From: Eledone cirrhosa
Taxonomy: Eukaryota
Length of the DNA: 64,000 bases
Assembly (NCBI GenBank): GCA_964016885.1
Contig: OZ024743.1
Span: forward strand, 299,956,001 to 300,020,000
Reading direction: 5' to 3'
Part shown: in pieces, positions 28,186 to 42,960 of the stretch
Layout of the letters: every line of letters starts with the position of its first letter
Numbering within the stretch: position 1 is the stretch's first letter
Notes under the pieces: model-generated
Databases searched by the model: none
What the model saw: the letters and a program-made list of their open reading frames with translations, nothing else
What the model was told of the DNA's origin: nothing
Made by a program: the position numbers and the translations under genes

Positions 28186-28965
28186 TAACAGATTAAAGTT
28201 TAAGCAAATAATCGTTGCTTTCACCCTGAACGGCATCTTCTGAAACTAACAAAGTCAATCTGTGAACGCAGAAGTTAATATTTCAAAAGACGTTGCATCC
28301 GGAGGGAGACAGGAGACGATACTTTCGTTCGTGGAAACGTTCCCTGGCAAAGAACGGGAAAAACGAATATAATACGTCATTATTTGGAGCGGTGAAAAAC
28401 AATTACAGGCAAAGACAAAACCACGTTTATGGTAGACTAATATTCTATTATGTGGTTCATAGAGACGTTCTCTGGCAATGGACGGAAAAAACGAAGATAA
28501 TACGTCATATGTGGAGCGTGGAGAACAATTTCACGCAAAGACAAAACCACGTAAATGGTATAACTGAAGTCGTAGACTAAAATTCTAACTAGGAAACCGA
28601 ATGATTCTTGGCTTCAGAGTTAACAATAAGTAAATAAATACAGAGGTAATTGAAATTAAATAAATACACGTATCAATATACGTACATACACAAGCATACG
28701 CGAAAACACTCGCCATAGGTATACAAATACACGCACATATAACTATGTGTGTGTGTGTGTGCGTGTATACAAATAATTAAATAAACGTATATAAATAAAT
28801 AAATATGTATATAACAAGCGCACACATATACCTACATGTAAATACACATATGTTCGGAGACGCACGTCAACCAAAACACGAAGTACATATATACACACAC
28901 CCTACATACGTTCGAACCCGCATACAAACACAGGCTCAAAACTCACGTATACACATAATCATATA
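28180..28965 (-). mobile_element. Non-coding repeat family with internal ~125 bp tandem duplication and terminal HHR variant (28197-28247)
   Basis: Matches 48558-49350. Begins at (TA)n. Confidence 0.8.
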
Positions 28966-29054
28966 TAATTTAGTCTTCAAATTTATTATTATTACTATAT
29001 ATATATATATACATATATATATATACATATATATATATACATATATCTATATAA

Positions 29055-29510
29055 ACGGAAAAAAGGAAACGAAATTTCATTTCTCACTCTTAGTAAGGCT
29101 GTTAATTAAATATAAGTATGTATACGTACATTCATATATGTATACAGACGTACAGTAGTATGTATATATATATATATATACATGCATGCACATATATATA
29201 TATGTAGGTATGGATTCACCGAACATTTATTATAATGCCCGGTGGGATTGTAAACAAACATCCCGAATTCAGCCGTACAGTGTCTAGCAACCATCTTTGC
29301 TCATTTGTTCAACACTGAGAAAGGAACGCTGTACTCGTTTCAAGCTTATTAGCTATTGTCAGCAACGTATACCTTCCTGTTAGATAATTGAACGTCTGAA
29401 AGTATATACATTCCTTATGCATATTAACGCCTGAGCAGCCTAATTTGCATATCGAGTGAGTTAATCGGCCGGTCGCACCGAAAACGATAAATGGAAAAAA
29501 TGAAACGAAC
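29055..29510 (-). mobile_element. One unit plus restart of the 429-bp family; HHR degenerate (CTGACAA)
   Basis: Collinear with 20483-20930. Confidence 0.85.
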
Positions 29511-29702
29511 ACCATTCTTCACAATATAAGAGAGGATTGCGCTTGCCAGACTATTGATGACCATAACATCACATTCCAAGGTAATGGCAAAACACAGTGA
29601 ATACTAAACACGACCAGAACACCACAACATGCACATCGGAGCAACACAGATATAACATCAATAAGCGAGTCAATTGAATTTTTTGAGTTGAAATACATAT
29701 AG

Positions 29703-29980
29703 ATATGTGTCTGTGTGTATCGGACACACGTACACATAAGGAAACTGCTGACCTATGTACCTGTCATGCCTGTCTGAATTCCTAAGAGAATTTTCGGTCA
29801 GTTGCTACCTTGACCGATTACCCTCACAATTACTACGTATAAATATGTGTCTGTGTGTATCGGACACACGTACACATAAAGAAACTGCTGACCTAAATGT
29901 ACCTGTCATGCCTGTCTGAATTCCTAAGAGAATTCTCGGTCAGTTACTATCTTGACCGATTATCCCCACAATTACTACGT
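29703..29980. repeat. Two-copy ~141 bp tandem duplication
   Basis: ATATGTGTCTGTGTGTATCGGACAC..CACAATTACTACGTA occurs twice. Confidence 0.92.
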
Positions 29981-31232
29981 AGCGGTTCTTGCACGTGACT
30001 GCTGGACCCGGATGAAACGAAGACGAGGAATTTTATTACGTACCGTTTTGTACCACAGATGCGGTCTCACTCTGCCTCGTTAATGTTCAATCGACACCAA
30101 AGTTCTACGTTCGGGGCAATAGAATTGAATCCAACCACGGACAACATAGTTGGATGACCGATAATCACACCAAACCAGAGTACTGTGATCCTTGTGATTT
30201 CGAGATATACAACCACTGACACTGTTACGAAGACCAGAAAACCATACTCCATAATATTGAACCAAGTGATTGATTTGTGCGACCAAAATAACACCACACA
30301 CATATTGAACTAGGAATGTTGGATCCTCCGTCAATGTCTGGGTGAGCAAAAATAGATTTCTATCTTGCATTGGAATTTACGAACTTGTGCATCTGCTGTG
30401 GTGTCAAAAACAAACGCACATGACCGCACGGATGAACAATGGACTATGCCACGTGGCTTGAACCTGCAGGTGAATTGAAGGATGTGTGGCTCTGATATAC
30501 AGATTGTTTATTATTAGGATGTATAAACTTGACATGACTATTATCATCTTATATTCTCTCAAATAATCACATTTGATTATATTTCTCTATCCCATTTTCT
30601 CCCCCTATATTTATAATATTTTTGTTTGAAAAGATCGGTTTTTTACATTGTGTTTTCCCCTCCTAATACTTGCTTATATTTCTTTATATATTCTCTATAT
30701 ATTTTTTATATATATTTTTATCTTTATCCTTATTTTCACTTTTATCCTCCTTTATATTTTACTTTATTCTTACTTTTATACCTTATTATAGTGTAATCTT
30801 CCCCATGCCTTATTATACATTATTAATTATAGATTATTATTATTACTCTTTTTTCATTTCTAATTACCTCCTCCATTATATATATATTGTATGCCTTTTG
30901 TGTGTGTGTAGCCTCTGCACACATTCTGCACCCTACTATCGACGCCACCCCATCTATGGCTCAACTAACCACTCGACTCCCGGGAATGAATATGACCACA
31001 GCTAGTAAACAAGGACCAAAACCCACCCTCCTGCACCAAAATTAGACTTATCGTCCCCTGCTTTTGCTCTTTACTCTCTTTACTCTTTGTTCTTGAATGT
31101 TTGGTTGGTAGAGTCCATAACACCAATCAAACCCCCTTTATAGCTCTGACGAATCCTACGGTTACGTAAGGAAGAAACATTGTAAGCCAATAAAAATCTT
31201 TTGATGTTGTAGACGCTCTTGTGTTCTTTATC
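29981..31232 (+). mobile_element. Probable decayed PLE 3' part with pyrimidine-rich UTR, HHR and AATAAA
   Basis: Broken frame with CDPC and a C-terminal TMPRGLN (P.GLN ending of PLE GIY-YIG domains). HHR then AATAAA at about 31189, then (TA)n. Confidence 0.5.
31141..31189 (+). ncRNA. Type I hammerhead ribozyme
   Basis: TAGCT-CTGACGA-A TCCT ACG GTTA CGT A AGGA A-GAAA-CATTG-TA-AGCCA. Confidence 0.78.
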
Positions 31233-31785
31233 ATATATATATATATGTATATATGTAAACAGACATTCGTCTCATTATGACGTCACTAGCCCTGTCTCTA
31301 AATGTGCGTTTTTCTTCATAATTTCGCATGATGTTGAACTAGCCTGCTTTTAAATTCCATTTTTGGCATATTATAAACAGTGGTACTTTGGTTAACGTGT
31401 CTTTGAGCTCTTCTGATGATCGGTTGCAACCGTGACCATCCACACTGAAAGTTTCTTGAAATAGTCTTTTAAGACTATACAGAGCATTTGTAGTTTTTCC
31501 AAATTGTAGGATGTGTATTTTAAACTTTATTTTATTCTGAGTTAAGGCTCTATTGATTTTTCCCTGGATTTCACCAAATTCTGTGGATGAATCTATATCC
31601 TGATTCTTTTTGAATTGAGTTTGAATTATTTTCCCACATCCTACGTTAACTATTTTTCCATTTTGAAGCTATAGTCACTTATATATTATGGAATACTGTT
31701 GGCTTCTTGCTACAATAATTTCTACACTTTTCATTTATATATATATATATATTGGCTTTTTACTACAATATTTTCTATACCTTTC

Positions 31786-31842
<57 letters not shown>

Positions 31843-31845
<3 letters not shown>

Positions 31846-32590
31846 GTATATATAGTGTATTTTGCAATACACTGTATGCTCAATTAAAAAGTATTTCGAA
31901 GACCTTATGCTATTGTTTTAAAGTAGTGACAGATTCACTTAGTTTAATTTTCAGCAAACCCGGGGAGATAAAGCTGACAAGGCCTTGTTTAGCATTTATT
32001 GATGCTTATCAAAGCCGACTACTCGTCCTGTTTGCTGAAATCATGGATGTTTGTTTCTTATAGAATTCTAGTAGATAATCAGGAACTGATTATACAGAGT
32101 GGTTGCCGGTCAAGCAGAAATTGAAAATTAGAATTGGTGCTCTCAAATAGCTATATATATATATGAATGTATATATAGTGTATTTTGCAATACACTGTAT
32201 GCTTAATTAAAAGTATTTGGAAGACCTTATGCTATTGTTTTAGAGTAGTGCAGACTCACTTACTTTAATTTTCAGCAAACAGGGTGAGATAAAGCTGACA
32301 AGGCCTTGTTTCGCATTTATTGATGCTTATCAAAGCCAACTCCTCCTCCTGTTTGCTGAAATCATGGATGTTTGGTTCTCATAGAATTCTAGTAAATAAT
32401 CAGCAACCGATTATACAGAGCGGTTGCCGGTCAAGCAGAAATTGAAAATTTGAATTGGTGCTCTGAAATAGCTATATATATATTAATGTATATATAGTGT
32501 ATTTTGCAATACACTGTAATTAAAAGCATTTGGAAGACCTTATGCTATTGTTTTAGAGTGGTGACAGACTCACTTACTTTAATTGTCAGC
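31843..32590 (-). mobile_element. Retrozyme-like tandem array, about 321-bp unit, about 2.3 copies
   Basis: AATGTATATATAGTGTATTTTGCAATACACTGTA at 31843, 32166 and 32485. One HHR per full unit. Confidence 0.88.
32293..32337 (-). ncRNA. Type I hammerhead, U3:A8 variant (sister copy 31972-32016 has TAAA for GAAA)
   Basis: GGCT-TTGATAA-GCAT CAATAA ATGC-GAAA-CAAGGCCTTG-TC-AGCT. Confidence 0.87.
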
Positions 32591-32936
32591 GAACATTTAT
32601 TATAACTCACTCGATATGCAAATTAGGATGCTCAGCCGTTAATATGCATAAGGAAAGTATATTCTTTCAAAGGTTCAATCGACTGACAGGAAGGTATACG
32701 GTGGTGATAAGGCTAGAAACTCGTTCATCGTTCCTTTGTCAGTATAGAACAAAAGGGCAACGATGGTTGCCGAACACTGTACGGCTAATAATTCGGGATG
32801 TGTGTTTACAAACAAACCGAGCATTATAATAAATGTTCGGTAAACCCATACGTAAATATATATATATATGTGCATGTATGTATGTATATACACACTACTG
32901 TACGTCTGTATACATATATGTATGTACGTATACATA

Positions 32937-32977
<41 letters not shown>

Positions 32978-32980
<3 letters not shown>

Positions 32981-33256
32981 AAGAAAAAGGGATGAAATCG
33001 AAAATGCAACTGAAGTCTTATTTTTAAAAAAAATATATATATTTATTTGGTTCCTTTACCGGTTTCGCAGTTCTTCTGCTTTTCAAAAGGTGAGTTGAGA
33101 TGGAGGGTCTGTGGTTTTTCTCACATCTGAAAAGCAGAAGAACTTTTTGAAAAGCAGAAGAACTGCGAAACCGGTAAAGGAACCAAATAAATATATATAT
33201 TTAAAAAAAAAATAAGACTTCAGTTGCATTTTCGATTTCATCCCTTTTTCTTTATA
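32978..33256. mobile_element. Fold-back with ~110 bp near-identical arms, each with an outward-pointing HHR
   Basis: 32978-33089 is the reverse complement of 33144-33256. Confidence 0.92.
33053..33090 (-). ncRNA. Minimal type I hammerhead, U3:A8 variant (mirror 33143-33180 on plus)
   Basis: CCTT-TTGAAAA-GCAG AAGAA CTGC-GAAA-CCGG-TA-AAGG. Confidence 0.82.
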
Positions 33257-33317
33257 CTTCCACTCGTGTAGGACACCTCGGTAATTTTTCATTTTGTAAA
33301 AAAAACCTCACTTTCTA

Positions 33318-33469
<152 letters not shown>

Positions 33470-33718
33470 CGAAGGAGTTGTGGTAAGGAGAACCAGATGG
33501 ATCATAACGCACCAGAGTACTCAATACTTAGGGTAGTAGAGTGGGTAATAGGAAAATGTATGATTCCGAGCGCAGAGCTCAAGCCGTAGAAATATATTAA
33601 TATTATTAATATTCGAAAAACTCAGATTATATATATATATATAATACATATATGTGTGTGTGTGAGGACGTTCGTAAGTGTATGGCTGTTTATTAAAAAC
33701 GTACTAGTATATATATAT

Positions 33719-34218
33719 TGTCATCATCATCAGGTCGAGCTTGCTCGGCTTTCTACGACACGTTTCCTCCGTCCATCTCTGTCTCTCATACCGTCTGCCA
33801 GCTCTTTCGCAGTATCGTCCTTAAGTTGCTTGACGTATGTCTTATTGGGACGACCAGCGTTTCCTTTGGCAAGCCATAGGCTAGAAGTATCTCTCTCACG
33901 ATGGATGGAATCGAATGCTTTTGAAAAGTCAATAAACAGGAGAGTTGATGGGAGGTTTTTGGCTTTTACCCCTTCCAAGATTGGAATGTACCTGAATTTC
34001 ACCCAATACTACTAGAGTTGTGTAATGGTGTCCATAATCAAGACCCCATAGACAAATGGACTGAGGGATGTATACTCCCTTTTCCCAAAAAGGGCGATCT
34101 TGGAATGGCTAAAAACTACCGTGGCATAACACTAATGGCAATTGCAACAAAGATATACAATCTCATGTTGCTTGACAGAATAAGACCTGTCATTGACCCC
34201 TTGATGAGAAGAAACCAA
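33719..34218 (-). mobile_element. RTE-type LINE fragment, internally deleted, with inverted 5' segment (about 33990-34218 on plus) and (TGA)n tail
   Basis: Minus: LLFIDFSKAFDSIHR joined to GRPNKTYVKQL..MRDRDGRR. Plus: ILPFPKKGDL..NYRGITLMAIATKIYN.MLL.RIRP..NQ. Confidence 0.88.
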
Positions 34219-34332
34219 TTGTTTGTCAATTTACCATCCAAGCAGTATGAACATCTCGCGCGATCCAGAATGATAAGTAAGGCATCCAAGCAAGTTTTCT
34301 ATGAATCATAACAGAAAAAACCGTGATAATAT

Positions 34333-34521
34333 TAATTGTTTCTACTTTTGGTACAAGGCCGGCAATTATCCCAATGTATTACTGGTACTTTATTTTATCG
34401 AGCCCGTAAGGATGAAAGGCAAAGTTAACCTCGGCGGGATTTGAACTTAGACCGTAAAGGGACGTAACTGTACTGCAAAGCATGGCGGCCGACCCTCTAC
34501 CTATACTGCCAATCCACCGCC
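34333..34521 (-). mobile_element. Full-length SINE with TAATATTAAT target duplication
   Basis: Head, B-box, core and tail all present. Confidence 0.92.
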
Positions 34522-34689
34522 CGTTGTAATATTAATGGTATGGATAATACTTAGCTTGAGCATTACAAGGAATCGCTTTTTCCTACGTGTCCATGCCTTT
34601 TGTCGAATCGTTTGTAAACACCAGCTTTCACACCCATACAGAGAAAGTCATAAGTACATATATGATTATATGTGTGTGTGTCATTCCCT

Positions 34690-34814
34690 GACGTTATCTC
34701 TAGGGATACGGGAATCAGTAGACAGGACCTGGGGGCGGCGATGTGGGACAGAGAATTCTGGGGCATGAGAGTGAGATCCATCATCTCGACAGTAGTCGAC
34801 GAATGATGATGATG

Positions 34815-34816
<2 letters not shown>
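34690..34816 (+). mobile_element. RTE-type LINE extreme 3' end with (TGA)n tail
   Basis: [17 protein letters not shown] followed by TGATGATGATGAT. Confidence 0.6.
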
Positions 34817-34846
<30 letters not shown>

Positions 34847-34847
34847 A

Positions 34848-34932
<85 letters not shown>

Positions 34933-35330
34933 GTATATATATGCATATATATACATATATATACATATATATATATATACTATAACAATATGACCCTCCT
35001 CAAATATAAAAATATATATATATGTTATATAAGTATTTAAGAACAGGTATTGGGTTGCGCACCGTTGGAAGTAGTCTATGGTGTTACTAGGCACGTTTTG
35101 TTTGGATTATATGACATTCCAGTGGTACGTCTATGGCGTACAGAGTCGCGAATAGATTTAGAAATGTCGAAGTAAGTGTTGCAGCATATGTACACATTTT
35201 ATTTGTATGTTTATATTACAGTTCTCTCGGTATCGATCAGCTCAGGGTACAATCAATGAGATATCGAAAAAGAGTCGGGGCTCGTCACCTTAATTTTACC
35301 CTAATCTAATCGAGCTCGAAACGATTGTAA

Positions 35331-36422
<1,092 letters not shown>

Positions 36423-36707
36423 TCTGTGTGTGTGTGTGTGTCGGGATTTCATTTTGCAATGTGTTGGACGTCATATCCAGTTATAGCCTATACGGAGTGG
36501 AATCGAATACCGTTTATTGATTAGGCGAAACCCGTATGCATTTTTGCATAATAAATGAAGACAGTGGATGTTGTGTACGCTATTCCTGCATTAAGTGTGG
36601 TGGAAACTCGAGTTCGGGTAAAGTTTGAAGATACCCATTTACGTTTGTTTGCGAATAACTATGTGTCTACTCTGGGAGTTTACTTAACATTAACTATTGA
36701 GTACGCT

Positions 36708-36785
<78 letters not shown>

Positions 36786-36830
36786 CGGAGATAGAGATCT
36801 AGTGAGAGAGAGAGAGACACACACACAGAC

Positions 36831-36901
<71 letters not shown>

Positions 36902-36903
<2 letters not shown>

Positions 36904-37845
36904 AAAAGTATGACTCCGACGGCAGAGCTCAAGCCGTTTCGACGTCTATTTCTGGACTAATTATATTTTTTAGCCTGGTGAATAAATAGCTGAACTTGTC
37001 AAGGGTGTATTTCCTTATATGGAAGATTGTAGTTGAAAAGAGGATTGGCTAAAATGTGTTGTAAACACAAATACGCCTATCATGGCATTTGGTGGGAGGT
37101 AGGGGTGGCTGAACTTGCCTGTAGAACAATAGGGGAGTGAAGGAGCCGGTCAATCGTTGAAAGTGATATGTATACAGCAGATTCTAAAGATAGTATATGA
37201 AATGGGGGAGGGAGGTTATAGAGTAGGTAATTCGAATGAGAGTACGAGACAATAAAATGATAATAGAAAGAAATAAAAAATTATATAAAATTAGATAGTG
37301 AGAAATGAATTAAAAAATCACAATACTATCTTACAATTACAGGTTAATAAGTTGAGAATAGAAAAAAAATTGTAGAAATGGAGTAGTAACAAAACTGATA
37401 CAAAATTAAAGGGGTCAAACACATCTGCTATAAGTAGTTATTAACACGTATTCGGCCAATTCTATCTCAAAATTACAGGGGTGGGGGAACTGATGCTACA
37501 GAGGCCCGATGGGCTGCATCGGGGTAGGCGAAAGGGGAAAAGCAGACAAGGAACAAAATAGGGGGTGGAAGGAAGTGATGGGATGAGACAGGTGGAAGAA
37601 GAAAACATAGAGGAAAAAGAAAGAGATACATCTAGCTATGTAAGCTGGGGTTTCCTCCAACTTATTCGGCAAGTGGGGAGTTGGGTATCAGTCCTTGTCT
37701 ACCCACTCGGGTCGTTATGGGGTTTGAGGGCGAGGTAGGTCCTACGCAATCTGTGGTTGCATGCGGTTACCAGTTCGTCTTTCTTGTTTGGAGTTGGTCC
37801 TTCGAAAACAGCATTTGTAATGTTTCCTCCGAGCATAAGTTATAG
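36902..37845 (-). mobile_element. PLE extreme C-terminus and long 3' UTR
   Basis: YNLCSEETLQML then NKKDELVTACNHRLR (C.LC..E / LN.R.EL..C.H motif). Ends in the shared terminus at (TA)n. Confidence 0.62.
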
Positions 37846-37871
37846 ATAGATATAGATAGATAGATAGATAA

Positions 37872-37988
<117 letters not shown>

Positions 37989-39399
37989 TAAAGAGAGTGA
38001 GAGAGAGCGGGTGAAATCTGTGCAATGCGTAAACATATCTTAGCACACATAAATACGTTTCATCGTCAATAGAATATACAGGAACAATCGAAACGAAATT
38101 TTGTACCTGATTAGGATAATTATACGACTGCACATCGCATAATTCATTCGATTGTTCGATACGTAACTGATTGTTTCAAAAGACAACTAAATGTTAGCGG
38201 AAGAAAACTTCCAATTTATATAATAATATTGCTTCTCGATTATGCTTAAACCAATGGAATACTCCGCGTCACATTAGGAAGCTGAAATAACAAGCATACT
38301 TATATATTATGTCCAAAAACAATATCAAATTTAGCCGAAAATGCATAAAGTGTAGATAAATAGTGACAAACATGATTTTATGCAATTTGTTCTTGGACAG
38401 AACCATTGTGAATCCCGCCAATCTCCGGTGCTGGGCTGGTAATTTATTTTATGGACACTCGGTAAAGTTTCCACTCAGAGCGATGAGAGTCGGAAGAAAT
38501 TACACAAGGCATTTTGCCATAGCTCTAACGACTTTTACGTACTCTTATAGCTCTATTCCGTGACGTGCCCACTGCTGTTATATGTAATTTACAAATTATA
38601 TTACTGACGTGTTCTTTCGTATTTCATCAACTATGTCAGTAAAGCATCTTTGCTTTTCGGCTTAATTGCTCACAGTTTTATAGCTATTTGCTCATGCTGT
38701 GGCAATAATTAGCTTGTTATTTCCAGTTATTCATGTAGAATGATATTTGGCTTATTATGTGTTTGTTAACATTTCAAAGTATTTTTGCATCACCATTTTC
38801 TACGAAAGATAACATTTAAAATGAATACAAAGAAGGCTTTAGATTTTAAACAGTAGTAGAAATATGCAGTCTCCGCTTCATCATTGTGTCTCCAACGATA
38901 TTTTGTCAGAGCTAATTACTATAAAGATGTGTGAATAATTCTCTCCGTCTCTCACACTCTCTCTCATTCTCTCTCCCTGTCTCCCCCTCTCTGCCTTTCT
39001 CACTCACTCTCTCTCACTCTCTGTATATATTACTTGTGATATATATCATCGTACACTTCATCTACACACCAAATCTAATAAAGCTAGGATATGTTTCGCT
39101 CCAACTCCCTATATTTTCCCTTGTTACACTCACAAACATAAATGCCATGAATCAATGATAACTGATTTGAAATCATAATAAACGGCACTATTCCTCCTAA
39201 AATGCGGTACAATACTTAATATAAAAATAGAACCAAATACGGTATACGTTTTCCGTGTAATCTTTTGCTTATTTCATTTATTGTTGCTATTCTGTCATCA
39301 ACGGTGTTGATTTGAAGAATATAAAAACACGAATGGTGTGTGATTCACTTCGTTTGGAAGTGCTAGGTGATTTAAAATGGAAGTAACTATCATACTTCA

Positions 39400-39880
39400 G
39401 AGATTTTATCAGGTACTTGCTTCCTTAGAAAACACTAGACATAAATCTTTGGAAATTCTACAAACATGTATGAATATGCCTTTTTATAAAGTACTAAATA
39501 GAGGTGGAGTATCTGATAACATGTTAGATGTAATTATTTCGTATCATGAGGAAATGGGTGCTGAATAGGTGTGGAATAATCGGAACCTTCCAGTCTCAAG
39601 CCAGTTGTTTATGTACTGCTTGCTCTTTGGTCCTATTCTGCTTGATTGTGCATTTAAAGGCTTTGGTAATGGAATTTATTATTTGTTTAATCTTGTACTG
39701 GAGGAGGATTATTCAATCCCCAAATACGAACGACGGACATGTTAACTGATTTTTGTTATGCAATTTGCTAACGACGTTGTTCTTTTAGCAATTCTTTTGA
39801 ATAAGTGCAATTAATTGTTATACGTTTCTTGTATAGTACTAAAGCTTTTATATTCACCATAATCTTAAAGAAAACCTGAA
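39400..39880 (+). pseudogene. Old LINE (RTE-like) RT remnant
   Basis: GVSDNMLDVIISYHEEM, QFANDVV (FADD-like) and FTIILKKT in broken frames. Confidence 0.5.
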
Positions 39881-40783
39881 ATTATTGAGCTACTTAAACC
39901 AGGCACAGAAGATGAAATTTGTTGTATCTAAGCCAGCTACGCTAGGTATTCTAACTACAAAATATCACACAAACACGGATGTTTGAAATTTGAGACATGT
40001 GATAACTTCCTCATATTTGTGTAGTATATTTAATGCAAATATATTCAGAAAATAAAGAGTATAGCAAAGGTAAGCGGCTAATGAGGCAAAAAAACGCATC
40101 ATTGTATTACTGATAAAACGCATCATAAGGCTGTATGAGGGTACTGGCTATATCATCGACTAACATAATCTGTCTGATAATAAGTTCCTATTTGTTAGCT
40201 TTGACATTTAGTCCGGCTATACAAAAGGGTGTAGATTTAATCTCATAATATAGAACTGCCGCATATTATATGTTAGCAATTAACAAAGGCAGCAATTGTG
40301 TTAAAGCATTTAATAGCTAACTAGTAAAGTCCATCGCTATCCTGCCGGTAAAATACACACACTTACACACAATCAAATGAATAACTATATGGAATATTTA
40401 TATAAACATGTAAGTGTTAGGGACACATTTCATGGTCTTTTTTGAAATCTGTGTTGCGTTGTCTATATGCTGAAGTCATTTTTTAAATATATCCTTCACA
40501 CACGCACACACACACACACACACACACATACACACCCATTCTCTCCCCCTCTCTCTCTCTCACTATATTTACTCGCAACAATAACAACAACAACCACAAC
40601 AATTGTTGAATTGAGCTTTAAACTATCTATTTTTCACACACACTCTCTCTCTCTTTCACCATATTTCTCTCTCAACGACAACAATTTCCTCAAGATGAGA
40701 AAAGGGAGGAGTGAAAAGTCGTCGTTCGTGAGAAAGATACACACGGAGAGAGAGAGAGGGGGAGAGAGAGAGAAAAAGAGAGG

Positions 40784-40869
<86 letters not shown>

Positions 40870-42074
40870 GATATATTAGTTGTAGAAACTAATTTGTTGG
40901 CAGACTTGCACATATAAGTCTTTTTTGAAATCTTTCGTCATCATTTTCATTCTGTCGTCATAAACGATCCACCCATCTTTCACACTCTGTCACACACACA
41001 CTGCCACTATGTTTCTCTGTCGACAGCATAGACTTTTCACTCTTCCCCTTCTTCCCTCCTACTACGTATACGTTGTTGGGAACAGACAGACGGAGAACAG
41101 CTTATCTATTATAATATAGACAAACACAAATAATTTATACCCTACTGTATTTATTGAATTATATTCGTATGGCTTGTGTTTTCAACCTATGTATGTATGT
41201 ATGTATGTATGTATGCATGTATGTATGTATGTATGTATGTATGTATGTATGTATGTATGTATGTATGTATGTATGTATCTATGTATGTATGTATGTATGT
41301 ATTTATGTATGTATGTATGTCGTCTCCTACGGTTTTTATCGTCTGTGCGGGGATAGTCTTGTGATTCTACTCTCTACTAAAAGGCCCCAAAACGGATTGC
41401 ATATGGCCCAGTTCCTTAAAGCCTTGCGGAGGTGTTTGAAATTGATAAAGAGAAGGGGAGAATACGAGTTACTGGCACCATAAATCTAAATACCCCGTGA
41501 ATGCAGGACTCGGGAGTCTGGTAAAAGTGTTACTCTAATGTCAATACAGTGGTACTGTGTCCGCAACACTGAAAGTAGGTAGTGCTATTTAACAGTGATA
41601 AATGAGGTCTACCTAGGAAAATGAATACTCCAAAATGTAATGCAATTATACTAGACCAGAGACTACTAGTATAATGCACTAACGCGCAATATACACTTAA
41701 GAACGAGATTCTTCAGACCTTTTAATTAAAAGAAATCTAGCAGAACACAACTCCGAAATAACACCAATTTCTTTTACCCAGACAGAGATGATGCACCTGT
41801 TGGTTTCCGAAGCAACTGGTCTCATAGATGAGGGTCTTTGCATGCCCGAATGATGGAAACAGTGACGTCCAGCATGATTTATGCAATCAAACACACACAT
41901 TCGTAGACGACTTTAAAAACCAGAAGCCGGGCTCAACACCACAGAATAAAGCATTAATTTTCAGCGATAATCATATTCGTCTAATGAGTCGACAGTAATT
42001 ATTATACGTATATATTTATGTATACGCACACGCACACGCACATACACACACACATACACTCACACGCATGTATA

Positions 42075-42960
42075 CGAGGTGTGTCAGAAAAGTTCCAGGA
42101 CTGATGTCACAAAAGATTTATTTCAAACCCAAACTTCACACTAAGAGGTTTCTCCTTCAAAGTAATTCCCCTGGAGTATGTAACTGTAATCTTAGCTCTC
42201 TGCATCGATCAAACTTTTTTCTTCATAATTTTATATACATGTCCTCTGTTTCAGGTCGTCAAGCAATGAGCACAGAGCAACGAACAAACTTGAAGTTTCT
42301 GGTACGGTTGGGGAAAACTCCGACAGAAGCGCTGGGATTGTTGCAGCAAGTGTATGGAGATGAGACGATGCCACGCTCGCGTGTGTTTGAGTGGTGCAAG
42401 ATGACCCCAGGAGCGAAGGGCCCTCAACAACCCGGACTGAGGTCAACGTTGAGCGCGTCAGGCAGATAGTGCGTAGCGATCGGCGGCCGACTGTTCAACT
42501 GATGGTAAATGAGCTGGGCATGAGTCAAGAGAGCGTCTGGAAGATTCTCAATGAAGATTTGGACATGCGGAAAGCCTGCGCGAAGATGGTGCCAAAACTG
42601 CTGAACGATGACCAGAAGGGTCGATGCATGCAAGTGTGCCAGGACAGCCTCGAGCGTCTTGAAACCGAACCAGACTTGCTAGGGACAGTCATCACCGGTG
42701 ATGAGTAATGGATCTTCGAGTACGACCAGGAGGGGACCCATTTTGAAGACGTGGACGACATCAAAAAGGCCGTGACGACGGACTTGCAGAGGATTCCGGA
42801 AGAATCCTTCCAGAAGTGCATGCAAGCGTGGCAGGAAAGGATGGAAAAGTGCATTAGACTCTAGTGGGATTACTTTGAAGGAGAAACCTCTTAGTGTGAA
42901 GTTTGGTTTTGAAATAAATCTTATGTGACATCAGTCCTGGAACTTTTCTGACACACCTCG
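42075..42960 (+). mobile_element. Mariner transposon, internally deleted, ~96 bp inverted termini, TA target duplication
   Basis: TA|CGAGGTGTGTCAGAAAAGTTCCAGGACT ... AGTCCTGGAACTTTTCTGACACACCTCG|TA. EQRTNLKF.VRLGK, MVPKLL, VITGDE*WIFEYD joined directly to the C-terminal F.DV..IK..YFEG. Confidence 0.95.

Noticed and set aside
31408-31462. CTGATGA ... GAAA
   Set aside because: No helix closes stem II and stem I does not pair.
41700-41900. Possible PLE RT remnant (LDVTV..RKPT on minus)
   Set aside because: Two short motifs with stops between them; too weak to list.
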